64,000 bases of DNA from Vicugna vicugna. Its lineage: Eukaryota. Position numbers and translations under genes: made by a program. Positions within the stretch are counted from its first letter, which is position 1; every line of letters starts with the position of its first letter. The notes beneath the pieces are model-generated. The model did not search any database. It saw nothing but the letters and a program-made list of their open reading frames with translations, and was not told where the DNA came from. This document shows positions 24,634-37,010 of this stretch, piece after piece. The stretch is taken from contig MU058687.1 in assembly GCA_013265495.1 (NCBI GenBank), forward strand, positions 4,524,093-4,588,092. The letters are read 5' to 3'.

Positions 24634-25329
24634 TGTGGGACTTCCCAGACGTTCAGTATATAAATATGAATTGTGCATATCCATTATAGCTAATGGATGT
24701 GTTTCTTCATATTATTTTATCAGAGCAGCTTTGTTTTTCATGCACCACGTACTAACATCTCCAATGAGTTCAGTTTGGAAAGCAGTGGCCCAGTCATAAC
24801 AAGACATATTTCTGAAGACCCCAAAGTTATTGCTATATATTTTCATGGTTTCAACAATTATTTATTGCAGTTGCCCTAAAGGCAGAGAGCAGGAAAGGGA
24901 ATCAACTCTCTGAAGCATCCCTACTCTTTAAAAAGAACTTCCATTTTAATTATTGGTGAACGGTGAAAGCTTTCACTTTGACAGTAGTTAGATTTGTGAT
25001 GGAAGGGCATCATATTTCTCTATAATGATTACTTCCCAAGAAAGGAAGTGTCACTCAGACCTGATACGGTTCCTAGCCATCTCTGTCGGCACTGCAGATC
25101 CCTTTTCCTCGTGACTCTATAGGGAATCCATGATGTGGATTTTTCTGTATTTGAGCTGGCAAAAGATATAGATCAAACGCTTAAGGCCATTAACAAGAAG
25201 TTAAATCAAGAACAACACAGATATAGAAGCATTCATTCAGGGTAAGCACGAAATGCATTGCAGCATCGATTCTGGCATTTTTCTCTGCTCCTAATAGCTT
25301 TGAGCATTTGATCTATATGTTTTACGAAC
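24634..25329 (-). pseudogene. Fossil exon of repeat B (helicase-like region)
   Basis: cccttcatttag| ... |gtaagg. FVKHIDQMLKAIRSR ~ YDSSFEAMVTALGKR; ARNRIRSE*HFLSWEVII ~ VRARLALEEHFEII; TAFQTELIG ~ TALEQELG; ends WEVP ~ WTVP. Confidence 0.8.
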
Positions 25330-27691
25330 CTAAATGAAGGGAAATAAACATCTGGACAGATTTCTTCCTATTGAGTTTCCTTCTCACCATTTTTCTGCCT
25401 TGCTAGTGGACTAAGGCTATGAGCTTCATTCACCTGGAAACATCCTAAAATTGAGGTTGCTGGCCAGAGCACCAAAATGTGGTGCTTGCAGCTTTCAAGC
25501 ACGTGAATAATTTCTTTTTGAACAATTCGAAACCCGTGTATCATAAGTAGATTTGGAACATGTCTTTAAAGCAGGTAGGTAAATTTTCAGAATCACTTAG
25601 CAATTTTCACAGGGGGCAGGACACTATATTATTATTTTTATTATTGTTAAGAGCTAAAATTTATTTTTCAGGAATTGGGCTAAATGATTCAAATCCATTA
25701 TCTTACTTAATCCTTACAATATACCTATGAAGTAGAAAGTATTACTATATCCAGTTTACAGAAGTGGCATCTGGTTGCTAAACCAGATTAAATGACCCTT
25801 CCCCTTGGGATTTGAGTAAACATCATATTGCCCCCTAGAATAATTTGATGTTCACTGTAAAGATTTACCCTATTAACAGATAATGCAGTTTTCAGGGATT
25901 AATTATGCTGAAGAGTGTGTGTAGGCATGAGGAAAAATAGTATATGTTGTTCTCCAGGATCATAGTAGGTTTTTATAGGTGATATGTTATTACAAGATCA
26001 TCCTGATATTTTCAACAATGAACCCTTCCTCGGTGAGACTGACAATCATCCCAGCTGGTATTACTAATGTGTTTGTTTTTTGAGGGCATGGGTGAGGCCC
26101 TGTGTGTACTCCACTCCCATAATCTCTTAGTGTGGTGCTTTGCATAAGGCAAGAACTCAGGAAGTGTTTGTTGAACATACAGATGAATACCTAATTCTAT
26201 AATCCAGCAAGCTGTGTCTTGGTAGGTTTTGTTTGCCTTTGGTGGGCATAAGACTTTTAACTATAAGAGGTCAGCTCGAGTTCCTGTCTTGATACACAGA
26301 ATTGATTGTACACGTTTCTGTTGCTCCTTCATTCAACGTTGCAAAAAAAAAGAAAATACCTGTAACATGCTTTGACTCACTTAATAGTGAGGCGTTGAAT
26401 TAAATTAAAAAGTAGCATGAATTTATTAACTCCAGTACTTTTGGTGATGAATTCAAAGTGAATCTTTATTGTAAAGTTGGTGGTGGAGATGGTGGTTACG
26501 GCGGTGAGCCTATTTCCAAACATCATTGCCAAGCATGCAGTATTTCCAAGTCTCCTATTTCAGATACTCCAAAATTATTTAAATATCTGAATTAGAGAAA
26601 AATGAAAGAAAATAGGATTCTTAGAAGCATGCTATATATTACTGCTAGCCATTCAGCATGCACAACGCATGATTCTTCTCCTTAGACTGTACAGAGATGA
26701 ACTCTAGAATAGATGTCTTTTGGAAGAATGGCCTTCATAGGAAAGTTCCCCTTTCACTGGATGTCCATGCATACATAGTTAATGAATCACTATTAGAAAG
26801 CAATTTCTTCTCCAAAACAAACCCATCAAGTCAATTGAGTCAAGTGACTTCGAACTCCCCAGGGGGGCATCAGCCACCCTTAAATACAACACACCTTTGA
26901 ATGGCTAGTTGATCATTATGTTTCAGCTGGCTTTAATAAGTATTCAGGCTTTTTTCCTTTGGTCCTTGTTGAAAGGTCATGTGATTTTCGAGGGCTGCAC
27001 AGAGAAAAGAGGGAGGGGAAGGAGAGAAAGGAAAAGACAAAGAAGAAAGGACTAAGCGACAGTCCCAGGAACCTGAAAGATAGAGAGTTCCCAAAGCAAA
27101 GTTCAAGTCATCTAGGGAGGAGTATGGCTTTTGCTTTTGTTGCAAAGACTACCCAACACACACACACACACTTCTCACTGGGTTCCTTCCTAGAAAGACA
27201 CATGCAATGTAGACCTGTGAATGTAACTTTTGACAGTGACACAGAACAGTGAAAACTGTAAATCAGTCCATGGTGAGTGCAATCCCACATTATCTCATGC
27301 ATTAAAAAAAAAGAGTCATACAATTATGTACATATATAACCTATTTCACAGTAACAATAAAAACGTATTTATCGATTCATCAAAAGGGTGACAGGTTTGT
27401 TGTGTCTATCCAAATGTATTATGCTGTGATTTTTCTCTTCCTTGAGAAAGATTTCCCTGAAGACAATATTTATAGCAGGGGCAGGAATTTACATTATGTT
27501 CAGATATATGTTCTGACTAGGAAGCACATTGCATTTTGGAGTTGGGCTATATTGTACATTCCTTGAAAAATCCACTAAAGGAAAATAATGTTTCATCTAC
27601 TCATTTGCTCAGATTTCCCCATAATTTTCAGTGATGGCTATTGCCAGCAGTCCTCAGGATCAGACATGGCGCTAAATGGGAGAGGGGAACA

Positions 27692-30031
27692 CAGGCATAC
27701 CTGAGAGACATTGCAGATTCAGTTTCAGACTACTGCAATAAAGCAAATATTGCAATAAATTAAGTTGCACAAATTTTTTTGGTTTCCCAGTGCATATAAA
27801 AATTATATGTACATATAGTCTGTTAAGTAGTAGTCTATTAAGTGTACAATAGTGTTATGTCTTTAAAAAACAATGTATATACCTTAATTTAAATATGCTA
27901 ACTGTCATCTGAGCCTTCATGTGAGTTGTAATATTGTTGCTTGTGGAGAATCTTGCCTCAGTGTTACGGCTGACTGATCAGGGTGGTGGTTACTGAAGGT
28001 TGGGATGGCTCTGGGCATTTCTTAAAATAAGACAACAATGAAGTTTGCTGTATTGATTGAATCTTTCTTTCATAAATGATTTCTCTATAGCATGCAATGC
28101 TGTTTGATAGCTTTTTGCCCACAAAACTTTCAAAATTGGAGTCAGTGCTCTCAAATCCTGCCACTGCTTTATCAGCTAAGTCTGTGTCATATTCCAAATC
28201 CTTTGTTGTCATTTCTACTGTCTTCACAGCATCTTCACCAGGAGTAGAGTCCATCTCATGAAACCATCTTCTTTGCTCATCCACTAAAAGCAGCTCCTCT
28301 TCCGTTAAAGTTTTATCATGAGACCACAACAATTCAGTCTCCACTTCTAATTCTGGTTCTTTTGCCATTTTCACCACACTCAAGTCTTGAACCCTTCAAA
28401 GTCCCCCATGAGGGCTGGAGTCAACTTCTTCCAAACTCCTGTTGTTGTTGGTATTTTAACCTCTTCCCATGAGTCACAGATGTTCTTAATGGATGACATC
28501 TAGGATGATGAGTCCTTTCTAGAGGGTTTCCAATTTACTTTGCCCAGATTCATCAGAGGAGTCACTATCTATGGCAGCCATAGCCTTATGAAGTGTATTT
28601 CTTAAATAATAAAACTTGAAAGTCAAAATTACTCCTTGATCCATGGACTGCAGAATGGATGATGTGTTAGCAGACATGAAAACAACATTAATCTCACCTT
28701 CATCAGATGGAACACCTTCATCAGAGCTCTTGGGTGAGCAAGTGCATTGTCAATGAGCATAATATATTGAAGCTAATTTTTTTTCTGAGCAGTAGATCTC
28801 AACAGTGCACTCAAAATATTCTGTAAACCATGTTGTAAATAAATGTGCTGTCATCCAGGCTTTGCTTTTTCATTTATACAGAACAGGCAGAGTAGATTTA
28901 GCATAATTTTTTAAGAGCCCTAGGATTTTCAGGATAGTAAATGAGCATTGGCTTCAACTTAAAGTTACCAGCTGCATTAGCTCCTAACAAGAGAGTCATC
29001 CTGTCCTTTGAAGCTTTGAAGCTGGGCGTTGACTTCTCCTCTCTAGCTATGAAAGCCCTAGATGGCATATCTTTCCCATATGAGGCTGTTACACTCTAAA
29101 TCAAAAACCTGTTGTTTAGTGTAGCCACCTTCATTCATTATCTTAGTGAGGCCTGGATGCAGTTTCTACATCAGCACTTGATGCTTCACCTTGCACGCTT
29201 ATGTAATGGAGACGGCTTCTTCCCTTAAACCTCATGAACCAATCTCTACTGGCTTCATACTTTTTTCCTGCAACTTCCTCCCCTCTCACAGCCTTCATAG
29301 AATTGTAGAGAGTTAGGGCCTTGCTCTGGATCAGGTTTTGGTGTCTGAAGGCAATGTTGTGGCTGGTTTGATCTTCTGTCCAGACCACTCAAACGTTCCC
29401 CGTATCAGCAATAAGGCTGTTTAGTTTCCTTATCATTCCTGTGTTCCCGGGAGTAGCACGTTTTAATTTCCTTCAAGAACTTTTCCTCTACACTCACAAC
29501 GTGGCTAACTGTTTAGTGCAAAGGCCTGGCTTTCAACACGCCTTCCTCACTTGGCTTGATCATTTCTAGCTTTTGATTTAAAACGAGAGACATGTGACTC
29601 TTCCTTTCACTTGAACACTTGATTTAGGGCAATTCATTGACCTGACTTCAGTATTGCTGTGTCACAGGGAAGAGGGAGGATGGAGAAACGGGAGAGAGAT
29701 GGGGGAACAGCCATTTGGTGGAGCAGTCAGAACACGTACATTTACTGATTAAATTTGCCGTCTTATATGGGCACTCCAGAGCAGGTACAGGAGTAACATC
29801 AGAGATCACTGATCACAGATCAGCATCACAAATACAAAAGTAATGGAAAAACTTGAAATATTGTGAGAATTACCAAAAGGTGACACAGAGGCATGAAGTG
29901 AGCAAGTGCTGTTTGAAAAATGGTGCCAGTAAATGTGCTCAACACAGGGTTGCCACAAACCTTCAATTTGTAAAAAACGCAATATCTGAGAAGTGTGATA
30001 AAGTAAAGCACAGTAAAACGAGGTCTGCCTG
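27692..30031 (-). mobile_element. Tigger1 DNA transposon (Tc1/mariner-pogo), near full length, decayed transposase
   Basis: Both terminal inverted repeats (caggcatacctgag at 27692; cgaggtctgcctg ending 30031), ~2.34 kb. Transposase remnants in ORFs 29143..29388 ([22 protein letters not shown]) and 27964..28383. Confidence 0.95.
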
Positions 30032-30292
30032 CATTCTTGTCGTGGAGACGTTTTCAGATTGAGTAGAACAGTTCTGTAATCCTTACTGAAAAATGTCTTT
30101 GTTGTCGTCATGCTATTTTTGACAGTCGATGAAATATCGTCTTTATCGCATTGAAGTGACATATTTCCTCTCTTCTTTTTCTTTCTCTCCCTTCTTATGT
30201 TCATTATCTCCCCGGTACTCAGGATGCATGGTAAATATTCAATAACTGTTACTGAAAAAAATGAATTTAATTCAAGTCTAATTTATACATAC

Positions 30293-30528
30293 TTGTTAAA
30301 AAAAAAAGGAGTATTTTGAAAGCCTAAGCTTTTTTAAAATTCAGTATTAACCACTGTTGTTATTTTCTGGAATTCAGGATTTATAAGCGTCATCCTGGCA
30401 TTTAGGTATCTTCCTGGTCTTGCTGTGCTGTGAAGGTGAGTGTCTAAACACTATTTGATTTCTCACAGTGCTCGAAGGTTATGAATCCAAAGAGGTCGCA
30501 GCCATTCCAGTTCTAATCCAGAGAATCC
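30293..30528 (-). pseudogene. Fossil exon of repeat B
   Basis: ttcctttttcag| ... |gtatgt. EIK*CLDTHLHSTARPGRYLNARMTLINP ~ EVKEAPNIVTLHVTSFPYALQTQHTLISP. Confidence 0.75.
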
Positions 30529-30609
30529 CTGAAAAAGGAAATTACTCTATAGGTCCTCTAGAATTCTGAATATCTTAGAGATACATGGAAGAAGAAAGGG
30601 GAACTTGAT

Positions 30610-30754
30610 CCAGTTTACTCAAAGCCTCTTCCTTCTCATCTTAGCCTACTCAGTCACTTAGAAACTGTTGAGAGTGAGACATTATGAAGGATTTATGCCC
30701 TAGCAGGAGACTTCAAGGTCTTCAGGGTTTGTCTTTACAAAAACTGCACATAAT
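30610..30754 (-). pseudogene. Probable fossil exon of repeat B
   Basis: Acceptor catgttttag| at 30754. DYVQFL*RQTLKTLK ~ QYVLKLDTEAQTKFK. The match is weak but lies in the expected order. Confidence 0.4.
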
Positions 30755-30789
30755 CTAAAACATGATAATAACAAAGACTCAGCAGGGAC

Positions 30790-31180
30790 CAAATTTATAC
30801 ATACATTACTACCCCAGAGAGCTTCCCATCTCCAGTGAGTCAGGGTCACTTTGTGCCTTGGGTATGGCAGCTGGAAACCAACAGAGGCCAGCCCAGAGCT
30901 CCCCAGAAGGAAATACTCCCCTGTGGCCTTTGAGTGAAGGCCTGAGTGTCAGTGTCAGCCAGAAAGGAGTTCCAAGGACACTGCTGTGCGCATCACAAAA
31001 GACGCATGGACTGTGGAGAAGTCATCACTCCAATATATTAGAAGGGACACTGATATTGGAACACAAGCCAGACACCGAATCTAATAAATTGTGGAAGTAA
31101 GGGAGAGCAAGCCTAAATACAAAGGTATAGCCAATAGCCAGATTGGGGCAGATCAGAGATTAATGACAGAGATTAAGATA
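30790..31180. mobile_element. Possible old LTR fragment between two fossil exon pieces
   Basis: GC-richer, LTR-like composition and no GREB1 match in any frame I could read. Family not identified. Confidence 0.3.
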
Positions 31181-31371
31181 ACTAGTGTAAGCAATTGGTC
31201 TGATAACTACTCTGCAGGGAAACAGCCTTTTGATGGTGGTGGATCAAAGTGAGCTGAGAGCCTCTGCCTGTTCACAAAGGAGCCATAAACCAGTATGTCC
31301 AGAGATCTACCCAGGTTCTGACTTTCTGAATCACCGTGTAGCCACTTACAAATCTTGGCATAATTTGTCCA
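31180..31371 (-). pseudogene. Fossil exon: start of repeat B
   Basis: Acceptor ttttctttctgtcag| at 31371. GDSESQNLGRSLDILVYGSF...DPPPS ~ ADSSTQNLDLGSF...CIPPS (within ORF 31207..31464). Confidence 0.75.
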
Positions 31372-31849
31372 CTGACAGAAAGAAAATAAAAAGTGCCTAA
31401 ATTTTGCAGCATCATGGGAGAGATGGGCAAATATGAGAACTTTCCATTTAGCAACAATAAGCATAGATACTTTTTATTGACAGCATCCTCTTTGCCAGGC
31501 ATTTGACCCAAGATTTTTTAAGACTTGGAGCAACCTACTCTTGGAACAACCTACTGAGACTCAAGGAAGTCAAGTTTGCCTGAAACTACACAGCAGGCAA
31601 TTAGCAGAATATGGATTTTCCTGCTGATTTGTCCCAATTTAAGGTTCTGAACTTTCCACTATGTTAGATGCTACATATAAATATTGCAATTGAGGTATGT
31701 AAGCCCGTCTTACCATTTCAGAGAAAAGTTGATTCTCAGAAGAATCTCAAATAGGAGTGCTCAGGCAGCTATGGAACCAGAGGGCACCCCAACTAGGGCA
31801 GTGCTCGCTGGATCCTGGTGCCTTTCTGCCTTGCAGACGCAGTACATGG

Positions 31850-32055
31850 GAACTTGGGGGCTAGAGTCAGACAGAGCTGGGGACTGGGATCTTGGTTCTT
31901 CCACTCGCTGGCTGTGCCATTTGGCCACTTTACTGAGCCTCTCTAGGTCTGTGATTCTTACTCTGTAAAATGGGGTAGTCTGAGGATAATAATAGTGCCG
32001 ATTTTAGATTAAAGCACTCGGCGCAGAGCGGGACACGTGGTAACAGTAGTACATG
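31850..32055 (+). mobile_element. MIR SINE
   Basis: ctagagtcagacagagctggg...ctgtgccatttggccac...ctgtaaaatgggg. Confidence 0.75.
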
Positions 32056-32539
32056 GTCATCGTCCTCTTTGTCATTGTCCATCAAGGAATCAAGCAGGTG
32101 TTGGTCATATGTCGTTTTAAAGCAGAACACTTGATGTAAAATGGAGCCAGCAGGAAGTATTCAGAGATGGTTTAGACATCTTTCCTGGTGCACATACACA
32201 ATATTTACCAAACCAGTGCTATTCAACATCTGATCCAGTGCATTGAGAGAACACTGAAAGACAGACAAGTGACTTCACCTCCTTAGTTCTCAGAGTCACT
32301 ACTTAGATGTTCCCAAAGAGCCCTTCCGGCTCTGAGAGTCTAACATTGTTCAGCACCGACTGTGTGCAGAGTTTGTCTCTGGGAAGAATGGGGTTGATGC
32401 ACACAGAAAAGCAGTATGTAAAAAGACCTATCATTGCACTACAGAATTAGTCAAATGAGAAGCCTACTCTTTGTCATAGAAGGGTTTTGAAGGGAATAAA
32501 ACAGATACATGTGAACAGAGTTGAACTTCTGAGGAGGTT

Positions 32540-33649
32540 GGTGATAATATAAATATGTTGTAGCCTCTAAATAAGAATAGTGATGTTTAAAAGAACGTAA
32601 ATTAAAGAGACCACTAAAGGGAAACGAGAGATGGATTTCCCCCTCTGGATCTGACTCTGGTTTTAAATTGCGTAGGTGAGAGATTGGTTAAAGAGATTTA
32701 TTTCAACCTTTAGTAGTGTATTAGCAGTATCAGAGAACAAAGGGTATGATTAAAAGAGAGAGGGGAAGAAATAGAAACAAGCATGACAGTGTCTTGGAAT
32801 TTAATTTATTTACATTTAGATTATTTTGCTATCACATTAATCTTTGTATAAATCATGGTTCTAAGTATGTTAAGCTTAAATGGTACTCTGTTTAATTTTG
32901 AAAAATTTTTACAATGTTTATTAACTGCTATAAGCTCTGAACATTTTTTTTTTAACCATTGAGATGATTCTTCTCAAATGAAATCGAGGCTCCAAGTGGC
33001 CAAGGTCACTAATAGGTGGGGGAAAAAAATCCGTTTAAACACTTGGTTCAATTACAGTTATGTAGAAACATCTTGAAGAGATCAGTATAGAAAAGAAAAA
33101 AAAAATACAAATAAGATAAATGAGGACGATACACTGGAGGAGAATCCTGAATGGATAAAAAAGTTTTCTAATGTGTTTTTCTTGGATGAGAGTATCTTAG
33201 AATTCCTACCAAAAAAAGGAGCGTACTGTTTACCTCTGAGTAACACTGCTGCATAGAACATTATGTGATGATGTCATTTAGTTCTAGGTCAGGATTTTTC
33301 AGAATGCAGATGTTAGTTTAACAAGACAACCCCATAATGTATGATCAGGAATAACCACATACAAATTTAAAATTAGAAGTGTTTTAAATTTCTTCAAACA
33401 CTTAGACAATGACACAATTTATTGTCTAAAGTGATTAGCACCGTTTTAAGAAGATGCGTTTATTTCAACAGTGTTTCCATCGGAGAAACAGGAGCTTTTC
33501 AGGAGAGGTTTCTAGGATCCTTGGATAACCAAAAGTTTCGGTTGACTCAGACCCTGATACTGCATTTTCCCAGAATTCCCCTAACCTTCACCTTGTCCTG
33601 TTTCTGATGAGTGCTCAGGTTATTTCAACTGATGCCATGCGTTTACTTC
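32540..33649 (-). pseudogene. Fossil large exon: helicase-like N-lobe, repeat A
   Basis: Acceptor ttgttgcatgtcacag| at 33649. In order: LGEF~LGSF; KFKTLLILNLYVVIPDHTLW (motif at 33332-33364) ~ KFKAFL..LFVLIHDHAHW; DTLIQ~HTLIS; KNFSKLNR..ILRTMIY ~ KRFPRLHS..VIRTFVL; VMLVSISSPL ~ MVLLRVPCSPL; SDPEGE ~ MDPHGE. Confidence 0.8.
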
Positions 33650-36109
33650 CTGTGACATGCAACAACAAACAAAAAACAGGAACCATCTTTTCCTTCCCTC
33701 TGTTCCCAGAAAGAACTAGGAGCTTCCTAGCCTTGGGCTACATTGTGAAGCTGATAGTTTGTTTGGGGAGCTTCCAAGTGAACGTATCTGGCATTTCACC
33801 AAAGCCTCCCAGGAAGGAGGTTCTCTAACCTAAAGGAAGGATCCTACTTCTGGGAATTTCGAGCACATCAGAGGGTAGCTGGAGGGCATCCCCCCCCTGC
33901 CCCTCGGGATTTTGGAGGCCAGCCAATGCTGTGGAAGAAAGTAAGGGACAAATATCCTTTGGAGCCTCCCACAAAAGAAACCAGAGGTCATGGAGGCTCC
34001 CTTCCCAGAGGGTTTAGGCAGTGAGACCTGTGAGTCCTCAGTGTCTCTGTCTATGGGCTACAGTCCATGGGAGCTGGGTTTCAGAGATCATTTTCCTAAA
34101 CCTTCAGGTCTCCTAGATGTGCTGGCCCTCCCAGAAAATACAAGCCTTGAGCTCTGTTTATTTATAGTTTCCAGATTCTCAGATTGTGCCTATAAGACAT
34201 CTGACATGATTAACTGATTTTTCTAATTTAAGATACAGTTACTTTCTGTGTAGGAGGCTATAAAGTTGCCTTTCTTCCTTTCTTCCTTTCTTTCCTTTCT
34301 TTCTTTCTTTCTTCTCTGTTTTTCACATTCCTGTCACTGTCAAGACTGGTAATTAATGAGGACTCAGTCATGGATGGCGTCTTTTCCCACCTCTTCTTAT
34401 CCTTCCCTTTCCTGCCTGAGTGATGAAGAATGATGACTCTTCTGCTGCGCCCCTGGTTCCCTGTCCTCGGAGCACTGAAGCCAGGCCCCATGACAACAAG
34501 TCCCCACTGAGGGAAAGCACTGGGAATGACAAATGGGACTCCTGGAGCCCAGGCATGAAGGGTGGGCTTCCTGATCCTGGTCACTGGCCGCCATCCATCT
34601 CTCCTTGTCAGCAGGCCTTTGGGAAAAGCAAAAACAAAGAAGAAAGAAAAAATTCTCATCCCTGCATGGCGTTTCTTCCAGTGCCCTAAGTTTTAGTACC
34701 GTGAGAACCCCAGGGGATGGCTTTGCAATAGTGCTAGAAGGTGATGCGTCGTGAGGCTCTCCCAAGGTTTTGATACTCACCCTTTCACCCAGCAATCCAC
34801 AAGCACACCTGCAGGAATACTTATGCTTCGACTATTTCTCCAATTTTGTTTTTCCCACATGTCTGCAGGAAACAAAAGCAAATGTGCTCTGTAAAAAATT
34901 GACAGATTTCCCACTTGTAGTATGATTAGTTTATGTCTCTGGACACCATAGGACCCAATCTGTACTCTTATTTAATTGAGGAGATTGGGGAGGCAACTTC
35001 CCTACCCATCACCCTTCACAGGGCTGGAAATTCTGTTTTCAGAGATTCATGCCTTTGGATTAAGATGTTGCATCTCCGTGAGGTCCCATGAAATAGAAGC
35101 GATTCTAAGTGGAAAAGATGATTCCGTATGACCTTATCAGCCATACCCTCTTACAAATTCTGTTAGCAGGCCCATATACTCTGGAGATCATGAGTTGACA
35201 ACAATAGCCCTGAAAGCGTGGGAAGTAGCCTGGAGAAGTTAAGATGGGTCAGAGGAGAAAATAAGTTCTGAGAAAGGAACACCGCACAGCCTGGGAGTCG
35301 GGGAGGGGTAGAAGGATTGAGGGGCGATAAAGAAGTGAAGCGGATGTTGGCAGATTTAGGCAAACTGAATGAAATGAGCGACTTGGTGGCCTGGATCATA
35401 TCTCTCTATGTTTTGCACAGGAACTCCCACATTATAGGCAAGTAGAATGTTGGCCTTAATATGTTATGGGATTTGCCCCCCGCCCCTTTAGCACATTTTT
35501 GTGTATTAGATCTTGCTTGCTTGCTTGAACTGATTTATACAAAAAAGGAAATATATTGTAAGGATGCAGAGGTATATCACGAAACTCAAATTAGGTCGGG
35601 AATGTTACTAATTCAGTTCAGTTAGCCGTTTACACAGTTGGCCACAGCACAACCACGAGATCTCAGCAGCGCAGGACAGTAAACATTTACTTGTCGTGGA
35701 GCTGTGGGCTGGCAGAGGGTCAGCTTCTGAAACCTGAGGTTGACTGAGTGTTTCTGTTAATCTCAGCTGGACTTTACCATGGGCGTGGGAGTCAGGTGGG
35801 GTTTGGGGCTGTGGGTCTTGCTCGGCGCGGGTAGGTCAGCTTTAACTACGCATCATCTCATCCTCTTCCTGAGTCCACCCACCAGGGCATATTCTTCTCT
35901 GTTTTTGCAGATGAGCTTTTGCTGCTTCCTGGGCCAAATGGCTCGCTGGCAATTATTCGCAGGTGTGCCTCACTCCCATTAAGAGAACAGCCAAATTGAC
36001 ATGCTCGAGTCCCTGTCTAAATCCCTGAGTAAGGAACTTTCTAGTCAGGAGGTGTGGTTATGTTAGGCAAGGTGACTGCCTCGGCTTGCTGGAACCATCT
36101 GGAAAATTA

Positions 36110-36218
36110 AAGAATGGGCAAAAGACAAAAATAATGCCCCGTTGATGACATAGAGTATTTTAATTCCTTCATTTTTGCTGTGAGTAGGGATCAAGAGGAA
36201 ATTGTTTTCAGTTGTTGC
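36110..36218 (-). pseudogene. Fossil exon (GKYQARILSESLLT equivalent)
   Basis: Acceptor ttttgttccctgtag| at 36218. TISS*SLLTAKMKELKYSM ~ RILSESLLTPAEYQKEVNYEL. Confidence 0.65.
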
Positions 36219-36329
36219 CTACAGGGAACAAAAGTCATGGTAAATCCATCATTGGAATCTGGTTCTTGATGGGAAGACCTTTGGATGGTTTATTGAGAAT
36301 TTTTCTTTCTCTTTTTCTGTTTCTTTGCT

Positions 36330-36490
36330 ACATGTGCGATTTCTGTTTTTCCCTTGTTCCATGATTTATTGGAAATCACAGGGAATGCTTGAATAAACCT
36401 TGATTATTCATGTTTTTGTTATTGCTGGCTCCAGTCAAAGACCCAAGCCAGGCATCGCGTTGGTGGCCTTAACCACATGCAGTGCTGTCT
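36330..36490 (-). pseudogene. Fossil coding segment continuing after an L2 insertion
   Basis: DAWLGSLTGASNNKNM ~ LPWLASLAASSCNDSV; IIKVYSSIPCDFQ*IMEQGK ~ VIECAYSLAEGLSEMFRLLVEGK. Confidence 0.75.
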
Positions 36491-37010
36491 TTCAAGTTTC
36501 TTTCTACAAGACCATCCAAAATTGGCTTATCAACACTGATTTTTTTCTCTACTGCACATTATGCAGCCTCTTCCCCGGTTGGGGTGACCCCCTCAACTAC
36601 TCCTCATGTATTAATCTTGTCTCGATGCCTTTTCATGAAGATTCCTATTGAAAATGTCCCCTCACCTTTTCTGACCACTGAATCAAGATGTACTGTTTCC
36701 TGATGTACTGATTCAGTCCCATATTCTCCCTAACTTCTTTATGAAGCCACATAGACTGTTCCATTAAACAGTTCTCTCTTCCTTCTCTGAATTTCTGTTA
36801 TTTCTCTTATAGCCAGTGCCAGTGGTTTGCCTTGGATCCACACTGCCTTGTATTCTTCTCTCGATTCCTGCTTTGCTTTGTTTTTATATCCCACACTAGA
36901 TCGCGTCCTCCTTGGGCAGAGGCACCCGACCTCGTGCCTCTTTTGTGTTTCCCAAGAATCTGTCCCAGTGCCAGTTGCATAGTAGGAGCTTTATAAACAC
37001 GTTATCTGAT
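36490..37010 (+). mobile_element. L2 LINE 3' end inserted within the fossil coding region
   Basis: caagaccatccaaaattggc...cccacactagatcgcgtcctccttgggcagaggc...gcatagtaggagctttataaacacgtt follows the L2 3' consensus. Confidence 0.7.

Noticed and set aside
27964..29388. Domesticated or active transposase gene
   Set aside because: The Tigger1 ORF is fragmented by stops and frameshifts.
30378..30435. Plus-strand exon-like unit cag|...aag|gtgagt
   Set aside because: Stops in all three frames, no partner exons found, and it overlaps a minus-strand fossil exon.
36500..36760. Apparent GREB1 matches IFMKRHRD, YILIQW and GEYG
   Set aside because: These lie in sequence better explained as a plus-strand L2, so they were not used as evidence.
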